A stretch of DNA of 63,070 bases, filler included, from Licmophora abbreviata (GCA_900291995.1; 9 parts of 9 records of this genome joined end to end with filler, not necessarily neighbours in it); one strand, 5' to 3'; positions 1 to 12,126 are shown, numbered from the whole stretch's first letter. Notes: a model not told the origin generated them from the sequence alone. Numbers and translations are program-made.

Positions 1-1
1 C

Positions 2-679
2 AAGATGCGCGAGTGTCTTCCCGTCTGTGTCGTCCTTCGCGATCGCCTCAAGTATGCCTTGACTGGAAAGGAATGCCAGCAAATTTGCATGGAGCGTTGT
101 GTCAAGGTCGACGGAAAGGTGAGGACGGATGAACACTACCCCGCTGGATTCATGGATGTCATCGAGCTGGACAAGTCGGGTGATCGCTTTCGTCTCTTGT
201 ATGATATCAAGGGTCGATTCGTCCTGCATCGCCTTGACCGTGACGAGGCGCAATACAAGCTGTGCCGTGTCAACAAGGTCTATGTGTCTGCTGGAAAGAT
301 CCCGGTCGCTGTCACGCACGATGGACGCACCATCCGCTACCCCGACCCCGATGTCAAGGTCAATGACACTATCAAGGTGAACATTGCGACTGGCAAAATG
401 TCAGATATCCTTAAGTTCGAGCTTGGTGCCATGGTCATGATCACCAAGGGAGGTAACACTGGACGTGTGGGACAGCTCATGCACATTGAAAAGCACGAGG
501 GATCCTTCAACATTGTCACCATCAAGGACACCAAGGGCAACTCTTTTGCCACGCGACTAAACAATGTCTTTATCATTGGAAGCGGCAACCATCCCCAGGT
601 CACGCTGCCCAAGGGACGTGGTATCAAGAAGAATATTCTTCAGGAGCGTGCCGAAGCAGAAGCTCGTGGTGACCTCTAG
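2..679 (+). CDS. RPS4: 40S ribosomal protein S4 (eS4), 5'-truncated by window edge
   Basis: KMRECLP..LRDRLKYAL, KVDGKVRTD..YPAGFMDVI, THDGRTIRYPDP, GGNTGRVG and LPKGRGIK are eS4 hallmarks; frame is open from base 2, so the true start lies upstream. Confidence 0.97.
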   Translation, partial: KMRECLPVCVVLRDRLKYALTGKECQQICMERCVKVDGKVRTDEHYPAGFMDVIELDKSGDRFRLLYDIKGRFVLHRLDRDEAQYKLCRVNKVYVSAGKIPVAVTHDGRTIRYPDPDVKVNDTIKVNIATGKMSDILKFELGAMVMITKGGNTGRVGQLMHIEKHEGSFNIVTIKDTKGNSFATRLNNVFIIGSGNHPQVTLPKGRGIKKNILQERAEAEARGDL

Positions 680-984
680 AGGAGCCGAGTGGTAGTCTAA
701 ACAAAATAGCATCGTGTTACATCAAACAACAAAGGCTTGCTTGTATGTCCTGTTGGCTTTCTGATTGTCGAAACGAGGAAGTCTGCTTTCCGTCTAACCC
801 ACAATGAGGTGCGTCAGAATCGTCTGTCTTCGTCCATCAAATTAGTGCCGAGCGTGATGGGTGTGGGCGGACAGAAAGAACAAGAGCGACGAGAGATCAC
901 CGACCATACTCAATACGTCGTGCACCATAACGATTCAACACCACAGTCTCCTCTCTACACTCAAAATAACAAAGCCCCTTCACC

Positions 985-2382
985 ATGACAGTTGAAAATT
1001 GCGTCGATAGCTTCACCCCCTTGGCGGCAGCGGATGACACGCCGTCCCCTCCGCTCTCAAAAAAGGCTCGAGCCGACACCGCCGGGGCAACGACGACCGA
1101 AGATGAAGTGCCGACTCCTGAAATGACGCAAATGGACTACGTCAATTTGACCTCGCACAGTAACACATTCGGCGTCGATCCCGTCCCTCTGATTTGGGCA
1201 CATCCAGATCCCTCGGTCCGCGGTCCCGTAATTTGTACCGTTCGACACCAGGCGCAGCGAAATGCCATCGGCGCTCACAGTGGAAGTTACTGCATTTACA
1301 CTGGGCTCGCGGTGGCTGCCGGCAAACTCAATCCTGAGTATGTGCCCAATCTCAAGTTGACTTCTCCCGTCTTTACCATTGGGCCGTATCCCAGCTGGGC
1401 GGATCCGAAAAAGATCGCCTCCATTGATCCCTTTGGACACATGGTGACGGACGTGTTTGCATCTTGGTTGAGTAAGGGATGGGATATTCGTCCCACCATT
1501 GCCGTTACCAAGGCTCATATCGATCTTCCGGAGTGTCGTGAGGCAGTCCAGGCGGGACGACTCAAACCGGACGGCAAGATCCTAATGGAAAGTGGACAAT
1601 CCATTTGCAGCAAAGCCGCCATTGAACCTGTCTGGTACTTGCCTGAAATCGCTCGCCGCTTTGGATGTACCGAAGCGCATTTGCGTAAATCCATATTTCA
1701 AATGGCGAATGGAATATACCCCGAGCTCATTACGCGTCCCGATATCAAAGTCTTTCTTCCTCCCATTGGAGGAGTGACGATATACATTTGGGGAGACCCG
1801 GCCACGATTCCAGACGAGGATATCGAACTGACGTGCCGTGTGCATGACGAGTGCAATGGATCGGATGTCTTTGGGAGTGACATTTGTACATGTCGCCCTT
1901 ATCTGACGCATGCGATTGAAGAGTGCATCAAGACTGCGCAACGTGGAGGTGCCGGTGTCGTGATATACTACCGAAAGGAGGGACGATCGCTCGGTGAGGT
2001 TACCAAATATCTTGTCTACAATACGCGCAAGCGCCAAGAGGGAGGCGACTCGGCGGAAAATTACTTTTCGTGTACCGAACAAGTTGCTGGTGTCCAAGAC
2101 ACTCGATTCCAGGCACTAATGCCGGATCCGCTGCACTTTCTTGGGGTTACCAAGATTCACAATTTCATTAGTATGAGTGACATGAAGTACAATGCCATTG
2201 TCAACACAGGCATCAAGATTGTGAATCGCGTGGAGATTCCGAAAGATCTGGTTCCGGACGATGCACAGGTGGAGATCACGGCCAAGGTCTTTCATGGATA
2301 CAATGCGGGGGCAGCCTACAAGGATATCGACGAAGACGAACTGAAAAAGACAAAGGGTCGTGATTACGCATACAACCAGTAG
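985..2382 (+). CDS. URC1: GTP cyclohydrolase II-like protein of the URC1/Urg1 (uracil catabolism) family
   Basis: N-terminal GTP_CH_N-type region (RGPVICT..RNAIGAHSGSY, DIRPTIAVTKAH, AAIEPVWYLP) plus cyclohydrolase-II core RVHDECNGSDVFGSDICTCRPYL, RKEGRSLGEVTKYLVYN, SMSDMKY and AKVFHGY; intronless, 465 aa. Confidence 0.9.
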   Translation: MTVENCVDSFTPLAAADDTPSPPLSKKARADTAGATTTEDEVPTPEMTQMDYVNLTSHSNTFGVDPVPLIWAHPDPSVRGPVICTVRHQAQRNAIGAHSGSYCIYTGLAVAAGKLNPEYVPNLKLTSPVFTIGPYPSWADPKKIASIDPFGHMVTDVFASWLSKGWDIRPTIAVTKAHIDLPECREAVQAGRLKPDGKILMESGQSICSKAAIEPVWYLPEIARRFGCTEAHLRKSIFQMANGIYPELITRPDIKVFLPPIGGVTIYIWGDPATIPDEDIELTCRVHDECNGSDVFGSDICTCRPYLTHAIEECIKTAQRGGAGVVIYYRKEGRSLGEVTKYLVYNTRKRQEGGDSAENYFSCTEQVAGVQDTRFQALMPDPLHFLGVTKIHNFISMSDMKYNAIVNTGIKIVNRVEIPKDLVPDDAQVEITAKVFHGYNAGAAYKDIDEDELKKTKGRDYAYNQ

Positions 2383-2797
2383 AAGGAGGAGATCACTGTT
2401 GCTACCTAGACTAGTAGTGTCTGCGTGCTCGGTTCGTTCTTTCATCGTTTTCTAGTTCGATTAGAGAGATGCCGTAGCTAGCCTCGAACGATATGGAACG
2501 GTAGCTCTCTTCAATCTTCCATGAAACAATGGCAGTTGGACTTTCGTACGCTCACTCGCTCGTTGAAACGCCACGCAAGGAACCAGCCCTGAGACGATTG
2601 ATGACCATGCTCAAATGTGTGCTGGTGCAGCTCTCGCGTTTGGAAACATCAGTGATGAGAGCTCGGAAGCAAGTCTCAGGGTCCGGGTCTCCGTTGATGT
2701 GAACTCTCAGATCGCTTGCGTCATAGATTTGCTCTGGTTCAACGTAGCTTTTATCCACAAGACACGTATGTACATCCACCGTAGCGTTTTCAGTACT

Positions 2798-2805
2798 TGA
2801 CGTCA
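2798..2805. promoter_or_regulatory. TGACGTCA palindrome (bZIP/aureochrome-type site) upstream of RedCAP
   Basis: Perfect CRE palindrome about 60 bp before the RedCAP ATG at 2867; function inferred only. Confidence 0.35.
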
Positions 2806-2866
2806 CTGAACGAACACCGATCCATGCCCATTGTCGCGCGCGTCCCAGCTGCCACTTTATCTCACG

Positions 2867-3947
2867 ATGGCGCCTCTCCGTACCCTTGCCGCTCTTCTGT
2901 GCGTCGCCGTTGCCGCTGGCTTCGCCCCTGCCAAGCCCTCGGCTGTCAAGCTGCAGGTGGAAAGGTAAGAAGAAAGAAAGGAGAGACGGAGAGAAAGGAA
3001 GGAATTCGACAGCACCCCGCAGACCACTCCAGTCCAAGTTGAGGTCGTCGGATCAAAGATACGCATGTACTGACTTCTACGCGAGTCTACGCGTGAAATT
3101 TGGACATGTAGTTCGCACGTCGGGGGGCGCTCGGGTCGGTTGATGATGCCTTTGTGATGGTGATTTGGAACAATCTCTTGGAGCTTTTCTGCTGTCCAGA
3201 GAATCGGAAGGCATATAGCAGGAAAAGAGAGTCAATGACCTCCTAGAGGCTGCTGTCGTTTCCCGATTCTGGCATGCTCGACACCATCGACTTTTGCTAG
3301 TTCTCCGACACTCACGACTTTTGCTTGCTTTCTGTCCACACAACAACAGCAAGACTTCCGTGGACGCCATGAAGGCCCCGTTCAATTACGACGAAAAGGT
3401 CAAGGATGCGATGGCGGACTTTGATTACCAATTCCCTCAGTTTGCCAAGTGGGGCTGGGGTCCCTCCGTGCAGGCCGAAAAGTGGAATGGTCGCCACGCC
3501 ATGTTTGGCTGGTTCTTTATCTGCGCCACTGCCTACTGCAAGGGCCATGGACTCATTCCGGATGCCGAAACCACCTTGAATCTCAAGGAGTGGGGAACTC
3601 TTGCTACCATCTCTGGAAAGGAAACCATCAGCAACGAACGTGCCATTATCCTCATTGCCAATGTGCACTTTTTCGGAGTCTCGCTATTGGCCACCCTTTG
3701 CCCACTTCCCTTTTCGGATCCTCTTCTCATTGATCCCTCTTCGCCACAATACGAATATGCCAAGAAGCAGAACGCGGAACCCTATGGTTACCTTCCGGCA
3801 ATGAACCTTGGACTCACGGAAGAGGCGGAAATCATCAATGGACGCTTGGCCATGTTGGGAATTGCCGCTCTTATCTTTGCCACTGCTTTTGAGCAGAAAC
3901 CCATGCTTGACATTGTCAACGAGTGGATTGGAAGCAAGTACTACTAA
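2867..3947 (+). CDS. RedCAP: RedCAP (red-lineage chlorophyll a/b-binding-like protein, Lhl1); exons 2867-2964 and 3350-3947
   Basis: Exon 1 (absent from the ORF track) encodes MAPLRTLAALLCVAVAAG-FAP (signal peptide + ASAFAP-like motif); AG|GTAAGA donor and CAACAG acceptor join in frame; two LHC motifs AEKWNGRHAMFGW and AEIINGRLAMLG; WGWGPSVQ and ISNERAIILIANVH are typical of RedCAP. Confidence 0.92.
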
Positions 3948-4544
3948 GTCAGACTCGCTTTTTGGTAGAGTATGATGCAGGAGTCGATCGAGTGAGTGCA
4001 CGGCTGCTCTAGTCAGATTGAGAGTCGTTGCTCTCCCAGAGGAGATATTCTTCTTTCAGTAAAAGCTAATGTTACTACTACTAAGCAGAAGTATCATCTT
4101 CGCATAAGGCATGTCATAAGCTAGCATGCGTTGTCCAAGACGAGTTAACGTCTCGTCGAGCGTTGAGGATGTGATGTGATTTAGGAGAGCGCAAGGTGTC
4201 AGTCGGTCGGATCGATTCGACAGTTGTTGTTGTTGGGCGGGTTAGGCACATCGGCGTCGAGGGTGCGCGCGTCGCGCGAGAGATCACATAAACCTATTAT
4301 CATACTGTTCGACTAGTAGAGACCGCAACATATATGACGACGAACCCATCGAAGTGAACTATGGTTGATCAATGCTTACCACCTTTGGCCACATTTCGTA
4401 AGCTTTGATCCCAAATTAGCACTCATTTGTCACAAGGACTGTGCGTCGCTCTCGGTGGGCTAGTTTCGTCCCAAATTCAGGCGCAAGTGGTGGTCTCTTC
4501 TCAAAGTAAAACTTTGGCGTACCGCGGGGATACACTCTCAGAAA

Positions 4545-7500
4545 ATGGCAATGGCTCTTGACAAGAACGAAGAGCGTGCCTTGGAATTGGCACACTTTCT
4601 CACTACCTTTCATTCATTCTACTGTGCTCCTGGGGAATCGTTCAATGGTCGCATTTCGCCGAGCGATATTGAGCGTGCCTTGGACTACAGACGCAGCAAC
4701 AATGTCACTACGAGCTACAGAACGATGCGCAGGCACTTCGACGAGAGGGACGAATGTCGGGAGAAAGACAGAAAGAACTAGATGAGAAAGTAAGAGACTC
4801 TTGCAAAGCGTTGGAAGCTTCACCCGCGATTGTGAAGAATGTTGACAACATTCTACGACGGTTCGAAGTGTGGTCTACCAAAGCCATTGCCCAGCAAGTT
4901 CTGGTTCACTGCGGTCCGGCCCCACCCCAATCGAATTCAGACTGGATTTGCAGCGCTCCACTTCTCAATCTACCAGGACCGATGTATTTCTCAAAAGTCC
5001 TGCCCATGATTTCTGGTCGGGACGTGGAACCTGCTGCTGGTCCGAATCATCCTCGCTTGCGACTCCCTTACAACGAAAGGCATCCATCAGCTACTGTGAC
5101 GCCTCCAGCTCATTCGTGCACCTTGGCCCTGCCACCCAACGCGTGGACATGGGAGGAATATGCTCGTATTTCAAACATGGTCGCTCTGCTGCCTACCACC
5201 GAAGCTCGTGACGAGGTGTTGCGGTCGACCGTATCCCGCCCGTCCCTTCTGTCATGCCGCGCCCGAGGACGACCTCAAGGGACGAATCGAAGCTTTCTGA
5301 ACAGGCTGAGATCTCAAGAGCTGATCTGGTGGCATTGTGGGTTCGAAGCCAGAGAAACACAAGGGCCCTTATGCATCTGCTACATCTATTTGAGATTGAC
5401 GAAGTCGCGCCTGACAACATGGTGGAAGATAATTCGAACAAGCATTGGCGGATCGCAAAGGGGCGTGGTATTGGCGGAAAAGTCCTAATTCCACGACAGG
5501 ATGACGACTGCGACAGAGAAGATTCCCATGTGACAGGTCCAGATGAGCAAGTTGGACCATTACATTTCGAGGCTCGCTTCGTTGGGAATCACAAGTACTC
5601 TCGTAAGCTCGTTCAAGAGTCAGCACCTTTGATTGATGAATTGGTGGACTGGGCGGTGACGAATCAGTTTCTCTGTACCGACCCGTATATTCGACAGATG
5701 TTGGGAGAGGACGAGAAGTTGAATCGGTCGGAAAAGTCAAAGAAACGTGCCCGTAGTCTCCAGTCCGCGACTCGGCCTGACGAGACCTCGGCAAAGCGCT
5801 CAAAGACCGCAACAGATAGTCCCGACGAGCTCTTGCTGACTTGTCAGGCATATGTGCTGAGATGGCTGGCACGGCGAAACCGTGATTCACTCTCTTTGGT
5901 ATTTTCGACCGTAACGGGGAGTGCATCTGGCGTCGACGAGACCCGTCGCAAAAAAGTCGAGGCGAAAGTATCCAAATACATTTCGGAACGTCAAGGAAAG
6001 AGCATGGCGGGAAATAGGACTCTTTCTCGTATTGACCGCCGAACAGGCATGGGAATATTCACCAACAAGGACTATCCTGACTTTAGAGCGACAGTTGTGG
6101 TCTTGCTCGAGGCTCTGCAGGACGCGAGTGTCGCTACTCCCGCTGTTCTAAAGGATTTTTTGAGTTTGTACGCGGCTCTTCTCGCAGGAAAGGATGGAAA
6201 AAGTGCTGCGGCTTCTCTCGTAGAGATGAGTGTTGATGCTTCAGTAGATGTCAACACAATTTTGAGATCAGTCCCGACCCCATGGATTGATCGATGTTCA
6301 GTATGTTCGAAGTCGTTCGAGCAATCAGAACCGTCGATTTGTGATCTTTGCGAGATGGCGTTCCACCCGCACTGTGACAAGGAAGTAGAAACTAGAAAGA
6401 TTGCAGAACTCATCGCACTTTACCCGCCACTCAGAGGCTTGTTCCCGATCATTGTACCAGAGGCTGTGGCTGCGCCAGACTTCTGCAGTGGCATATCATG
6501 GCGCTCGATGGAGGTTTCCGTTAAGCCAAATGCAGACAAGCGACTAGGACTCAAACTCGGCACTACGGGAGATTGTGAGTCTCTGCTGGAGCGGATTCGA
6601 CTACCTGCGCCTTTGGAAGAACTTTACGAGAAGAAAAATACCGTCCCACTTGCTGTCCCTCATCGTGGTCTTGTCATCTATGAAGTCGATTCTGATTGCT
6701 CTTCGGGGACGAGAGGCGTGCAGAGAAGCGACATAATTACAGCTATTCGCTGCGACACGGAAACCTCCTCGTGGCAAGATTTACGGGATCTATCAGACCG
6801 CGAGCGTACCGTCTTGTTGTCGAGGGACACAGAGGCTATTACACTCAGAATCCAACGTCCAGATGCAGACTTGATACACATAAGTAGGGAGTGGTTGAGT
6901 CGACTGAAAGAAGCGAATGCGGACGCACCAAGGCGACCGCGGCACAAGCGAAAGCTGCGGTGCTGTTCGAAGTGCCAGAAGAGAGGCGGTCAGATGGAGC
7001 GCATTGGTGGCAACCTATTGGACACAGTGCGAAAGGAGGCGTTATGGTGCAGGGCTGTCCTTCGTCGCCTCGGGATGGAATCGTTTACTCTGCCTTTCCA
7101 CGAGGAGTCCGCGACCAATATTTCCGAAACCGCAACCAATTGCATCGATCACTCTCAGTTTGTTAGCTTCCGAAGAGTCGACAGCATGATGAATTACATC
7201 TTGACAAAAGGAAGAAGCGCCACAACTATTGAACCTCGTTGCTCCCCATTCTTGGTACCCCCTTCGACTAGCGACACGCCGACTGGCGATCTACCGCAAC
7301 GGCTCGACTGGGCACCGCCAGAGCTGGAGTCGCAGCCAATGAAGCTACTGTGCACAGCAATGCGATTGCTGACTTGCCCTGTGGACGTATCTCCGAATCG
7401 TTATGACCAGGGAAAGAACCCTTTCGACAGTATGCGAGCACAGCTTCGAGATCATTTCGCCATACGTTTTACGGCATGGTGTGTTGTATCCATCAATGGA

Positions 7501-10500
7501 TCTCGGGGGCCACCTCTCTATGCAATGTGCAACCGTCCATCCTGGTTGAAGAAATCCTGTAAGGTCTGTCATTCACGATGTGCGTCTACACCCAATGGCA
7601 CTTGTACAAATCGCTCTTGTTCGCGTGTGCTCGAAGTATGTTCCGGGGCAGGTGGACTCCACCGGGACATACCGGTAAGCAGTGCTCGAAAGAACTCACG
7701 TTCCATGGAAGCGTTTGCGCGCTTACAATCGATGCTCAGCTCTAGTGGGGACGCCTTTCTTTGTCCCACCGGGCGATCCTGTGCTCGAACTTCTATCTTC
7801 CGCCGTGAAAAAGCCCATTGGAACGATGAGGCGACCCATGGGATTCATTATAGCTTCTTACTTGCCAACTGGCTTTGAGGGAGGTCCACACCCATCGAGC
7901 GTAGTGGATGGCTTGTTTCATGTTTTGCCGATCCTAAGTGCCCCTCAGCTTAGCTATCTAGTGAGAACGTGTAAAATGAGGTGCGCCCCTGTCACTGTTT
8001 CCCATGATCAACAGGCATGGACAAGACTGGAGATATTTGAAATACCAGGAGTCCTACAGATGACTGCTAATGAGATCGGCTCACTATTGAAGAAAAGTGC
8101 TGCAGTTATTGAGGCGATCGGTGTAGCGGTTGCAAGATCAGCATGCAGCGGGGACATATGCAGCCCAAAGACAGTGCAACCCGTGGTGCTCGAGCCTGCG
8201 AATCAGCACGCGAGGCAGCAGCTGTCTTACGAAGCGGAAATGTGGTGCTCATTGAACCAGACGTCTTGGACAGCATCATCAGCACAGTTCAGGAGCGGTG
8301 ACCTAATTCCAACAAGGTTACGCAGCGCCTCCCAAGAGCGTGAGGCATGTCTCACGCAGCATGCTCTGCTGGCAGAGAATTTATCGACTTGCGAGTGTCA
8401 GTTTTTCCGTGACATGGTTTCGACGGTATCGGCCAACTTATGCGCCGAGGAAGCTCAAATTGACGCTACTTTGGAGGGCAACTTGGCCGGCATTGACAAG
8501 GAACACAAGCGTGGAAGATGGATGGGGCGTCATGAGAGGGCGACTCTTCGTGATTCGCGTGCAAATCTTAACGAATCTGTCGAAGATATCGAACTGTACG
8601 CCAAGTCATATCGGGCATCACTACAGAGCAGCAAATCTTTCCCACTTTTGCGGTATGTTGATCTTGTTGGGCCGACGATAGAGGACACGCGAGCGATCCT
8701 CACTCACATACAAGACCAGAAATTGAGCTCACCAGCCCCATTAGCGTCCCCATCATCCCACACGATTCTACTCGACTGGTCTTCGCTCGTTAGCGATGTC
8801 AACAATGTCTCGGCTTTGTCGGTACAACAGTTTTCTGGACGAGGATGGGGCTTTGAGCTGATAGAATGGCCCTCGGATGGTGGGTTCTTACGTGTTGGAC
8901 GAGTGCACCCAAAGTCTCCTGCAAGCGTAGCAGGCTTGAAAATGAATGATTGCATCGTGGATATAGGAAAAAGGCCGGTCTGTGATCTTCTCGAAGGCTT
9001 GAATATCGCTGCTGCTTTACTCCACACGACAACCGCTGACCTGACGGAGTTTTCTCAGGGTTCGGCTGCGACGATGACTCTTCGCTTGGCAAAGGCGCTT
9101 AAGAGCTTTCCCGCTGCTGCTGAATTGACAGTGGTGCGAGGAACAAATGAGATCATCGAGAATACAGTGCGCACAAGAGATTCCGCGGCAATTCATCTTG
9201 GAAGCAATAACGACCATTCCGAGGATCAGGGGCGGCCCGAGGTCGCCGCTAGGGATACCAGGCCTCAACAGGTACATCGGAGGAGTGGAATGACGCGACC
9301 TGATCGGGAGCTGGGAATTATTTCTCCACAAAGCCTTTATCGGCATGGGCTACCGAATACTCCTCTGACACAAGTTGAGACTTCTGTCGTTTGGGAAGCG
9401 CTAGCGCATCATGGACCTGTGTTTGCTCGCCGCTTGTTGGCGCCTCGTTATGAATTGCGGATGACTGGTCACCTCGTGCACGCAGTCCAGATTGCAGGCT
9501 TACACAAAAAATTCCCAAGACTTGAGGACGACTTATGGAGCTTCATCGTTCGCCACGACTCTCAGCGAGCAGCGCTCGAGCCGGCTAGTACCATTATTGG
9601 CGAGGAGAATGGAATTCGACATCGACAACCCGTAGAGCCGCTACCTCTCGATCGCCTTGTCGAATCGTTCTTCTATTATCGTGAAAACTCGGATCCGATC
9701 AGAGGGCGTCCGGCGGCAGACGCATTCAATGCAATCTCAGACAGCGAGTGCGAATCTCCATCTGACACGCTTGATGGACAAACGTACTCATGCAATATAC
9801 CGGACCAGTCACAGTCTGTGGCGTCGACTGAGCGCATTCGTGAGGGAGAATCACGTATAACGCATCTCGACTCAAGCGCGTGGGATAGAAAGATCGTTTG
9901 GGGTAAGTGCAGAGTCTGTTTAGATGGCAACCGGGTTAGCAATTCATACATTGTCGGCCAGATCCGAAATGTATCGACGGGCGTAGCCACTGTTCTCGTA
10001 TTCTACTGTGGTGACGTGGGATACTTATCTCCGTCGCCCACGTACCGCTTTGCGGTATCTAAATTGACTGTATTAACAGGGAAGGAACCAGGGAGTAGCC
10101 TGCTTCTCAAGGGGTGGCAAGATCGCAGATTACCTAGTAGCGATGAACCGGAGTATGAGGGCACCGACAGGTCTGTTTTGACTATAGAAGAAGCTGGGAA
10201 TTCTCTTCTGAAATGGCTCTGCCGCCGCACGTGTCGCCTTATGGGGATTGGCTTCTTACCTGACGGAAGCGATGTCTGCTGGACACGGAGCGATCCCTCG
10301 GCTCTCTACATTCGCACGCGAAGAAACAGTTCCGATATGATGCAACGCGAGACTCGTGTACTCTTTGAAAGTGACTCACCTCAGAATCACCGGATCAGTG
10401 AGAGATACTACTGCCCATGGGGATGTAGTAATCAGCACAATGGCGTTGTCGAGGGGGTACATGAATGCTGGAGCCGACCTGTACCATTCTCAACCGAAGA

Positions 10501-11878
10501 GGACTTGGCTTCTCACCTTTTCGAATCACATTCATACGTATCACTCTTCCAAAATACGGAATGTCTCGTTCGGCTTGGTGAAGGACACACGATCTGTACG
10601 TTGGCTGCTGATTTAACCAACGCCGTATGCGCGCGATGTCCTTCGCTGGTCGACTTTACGCAGAATGTATCGGTTACGATCCCAATCGCGGGTCAAGCTG
10701 CTGAGGCAACCGCTCACTGCACGAGCATGAAGAGCTTCACATCTAGCATCTTAAATCTCACGAAGAGCGGTAAGGGGGCTCCACGATCCCTGGGTCCGCT
10801 TCTGGCTGGTCGACGTGGTTCAAGCGCCTCTATTCTGAGCTCGCTTAATCTTTGGTCGATAATCTTCCGGCTTTTCGACGTCCAAGGGACGGGTCATTTC
10901 CGCTACGAAATAGCACCCTCTTTGACCTCGGTCGAGAACGAGATAGATCCGATCCTATTGGAGGAACCGCAATCGGACAACGATACTTCGAAAGCCAGTC
11001 TTACCAGGACTCAAACACACTGTGATTTTGAGGTAGAGGGCTTGAACTGTCAGCTCTGCAGTATGATGGGCGAAGGAACCATGAAGTGTTTTCAAAAACG
11101 GAATGAGATAGATGCGAACGGCGAAGAAAGTCGTCCGATCGGATGCGCATTGTACTCCAAGGTTTGCTTTCCGCAACTATCGTCTGCTTCGCAGGTGTTA
11201 CAACTCAAATCAACAGGGAAAGTCGGTGGTGCGCAGGCTGCATTGATTCACATTGCTTCTGCGGTGCCACAGGGGATACGCCGAGAGTTCAGCGACGTTC
11301 GGGAAAGTTTGTGGGTAGAGGACAACTTCATGATGTGGCGAAGGCACGTCGAGAACGCGCAGAGCCTGCATACCCTCAAACCGGCGTATGTCGTTCTGCT
11401 TCGCTCCACTAACAAGACTCAACTGCCAAAGTGGTGGAGTGACAAGAACTCTGGATGGCATACTCCAAGTGCCCTGCTATGTGTGTCATCACTATCGGCT
11501 CTGCTACTCCATCTGTTCGTCTTTGATCTAGCTCTGTCCGAGCATCGTGGATCGACTCGTACAGTTCCAGTTGTGGATCGGCAGAGCGAAAGCTGCATCC
11601 CTGAAGGCCTACGAGGAATGAGCCTCGAACAGCGAATGGAAGCCGTTCTTGCATTTGCTGATGATATCCGCTACGCGCGCTTTCAGGGGGAGAGCAACTC
11701 ATACTGTCTTCAATGCGATGACGGAGGAACTCTGATGGAGTGTGAATTCTGCGAGAACGTGCAGCACGCACGCTGTTCGATTCCATCCATTGTCGATGCC
11801 TCAAAGATTTCAGGATGGGTGTGTGATTCGTGCACCACTGATCTATGGAGTATGAAGGAAAACTCTACTCTTACTTGA
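4545..11878 (+). CDS. Large (~2,440 aa) putative chromatin protein with PHD fingers, two PDZ-like domains and a WSD/WHIM-like C-terminal region; three apparent frameshifts (~4765, ~5236, ~7715)
   Basis: Four overlapping ORFs (4545, 4754, 5254, 7682) fuse with single-base homopolymer corrections; CSVC..CDLCEMAFHPHC; PDZ-like GWGFELI..LRVGRVHPKSPASVAGLKMNDCIVDI; WRRHVENA..PKWW..SLSALLLHLFVFDLAL; terminal PHD YCLQCDDGGTLMECEFCENVQHARC..WVCDSC. Confidence 0.7.
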
Positions 11879-12126
11879 GCGGGATGCGAGAGATCAATAC
11901 TGACATATGGAAAAGACGACAGATTACAGCGAGATGACGTGCTCATTTGACCGGATGTTGATTTAGTAGGATTGATATCTGCTTGCATGCAGCAGCTTGT
12001 TCAGTGGTAGCGTAGCGATACAGTCCATGTTTACTTCTTCGTAGCATCAGTGGACTATGGTAGACTAGAACGTGCCCTACACGGCACACCGAAATTGTGC
12101 AGACTCATGACACATGGTCTCAACTC

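Noticed and set aside
985..2382. Annotation as riboflavin-pathway RibA
   Set aside because: GTP_CH_N extension and the SDVFGSDICTC/EVTKYLVYN motifs indicate the URC1/Urg1 subfamily; no DHBP synthase domain or plastid leader
2552..3143. ORFs between URC1 and RedCAP
   Set aside because: They overlap the RedCAP promoter, first exon and intron, and show no protein-like features
4754..7878. Overlapping ORFs as programmed ribosomal frameshifting or RNA editing
   Set aside because: No shared slippery sequence or direction; each is fixed by +/-1 base in a short homopolymer, the signature of sequencing error
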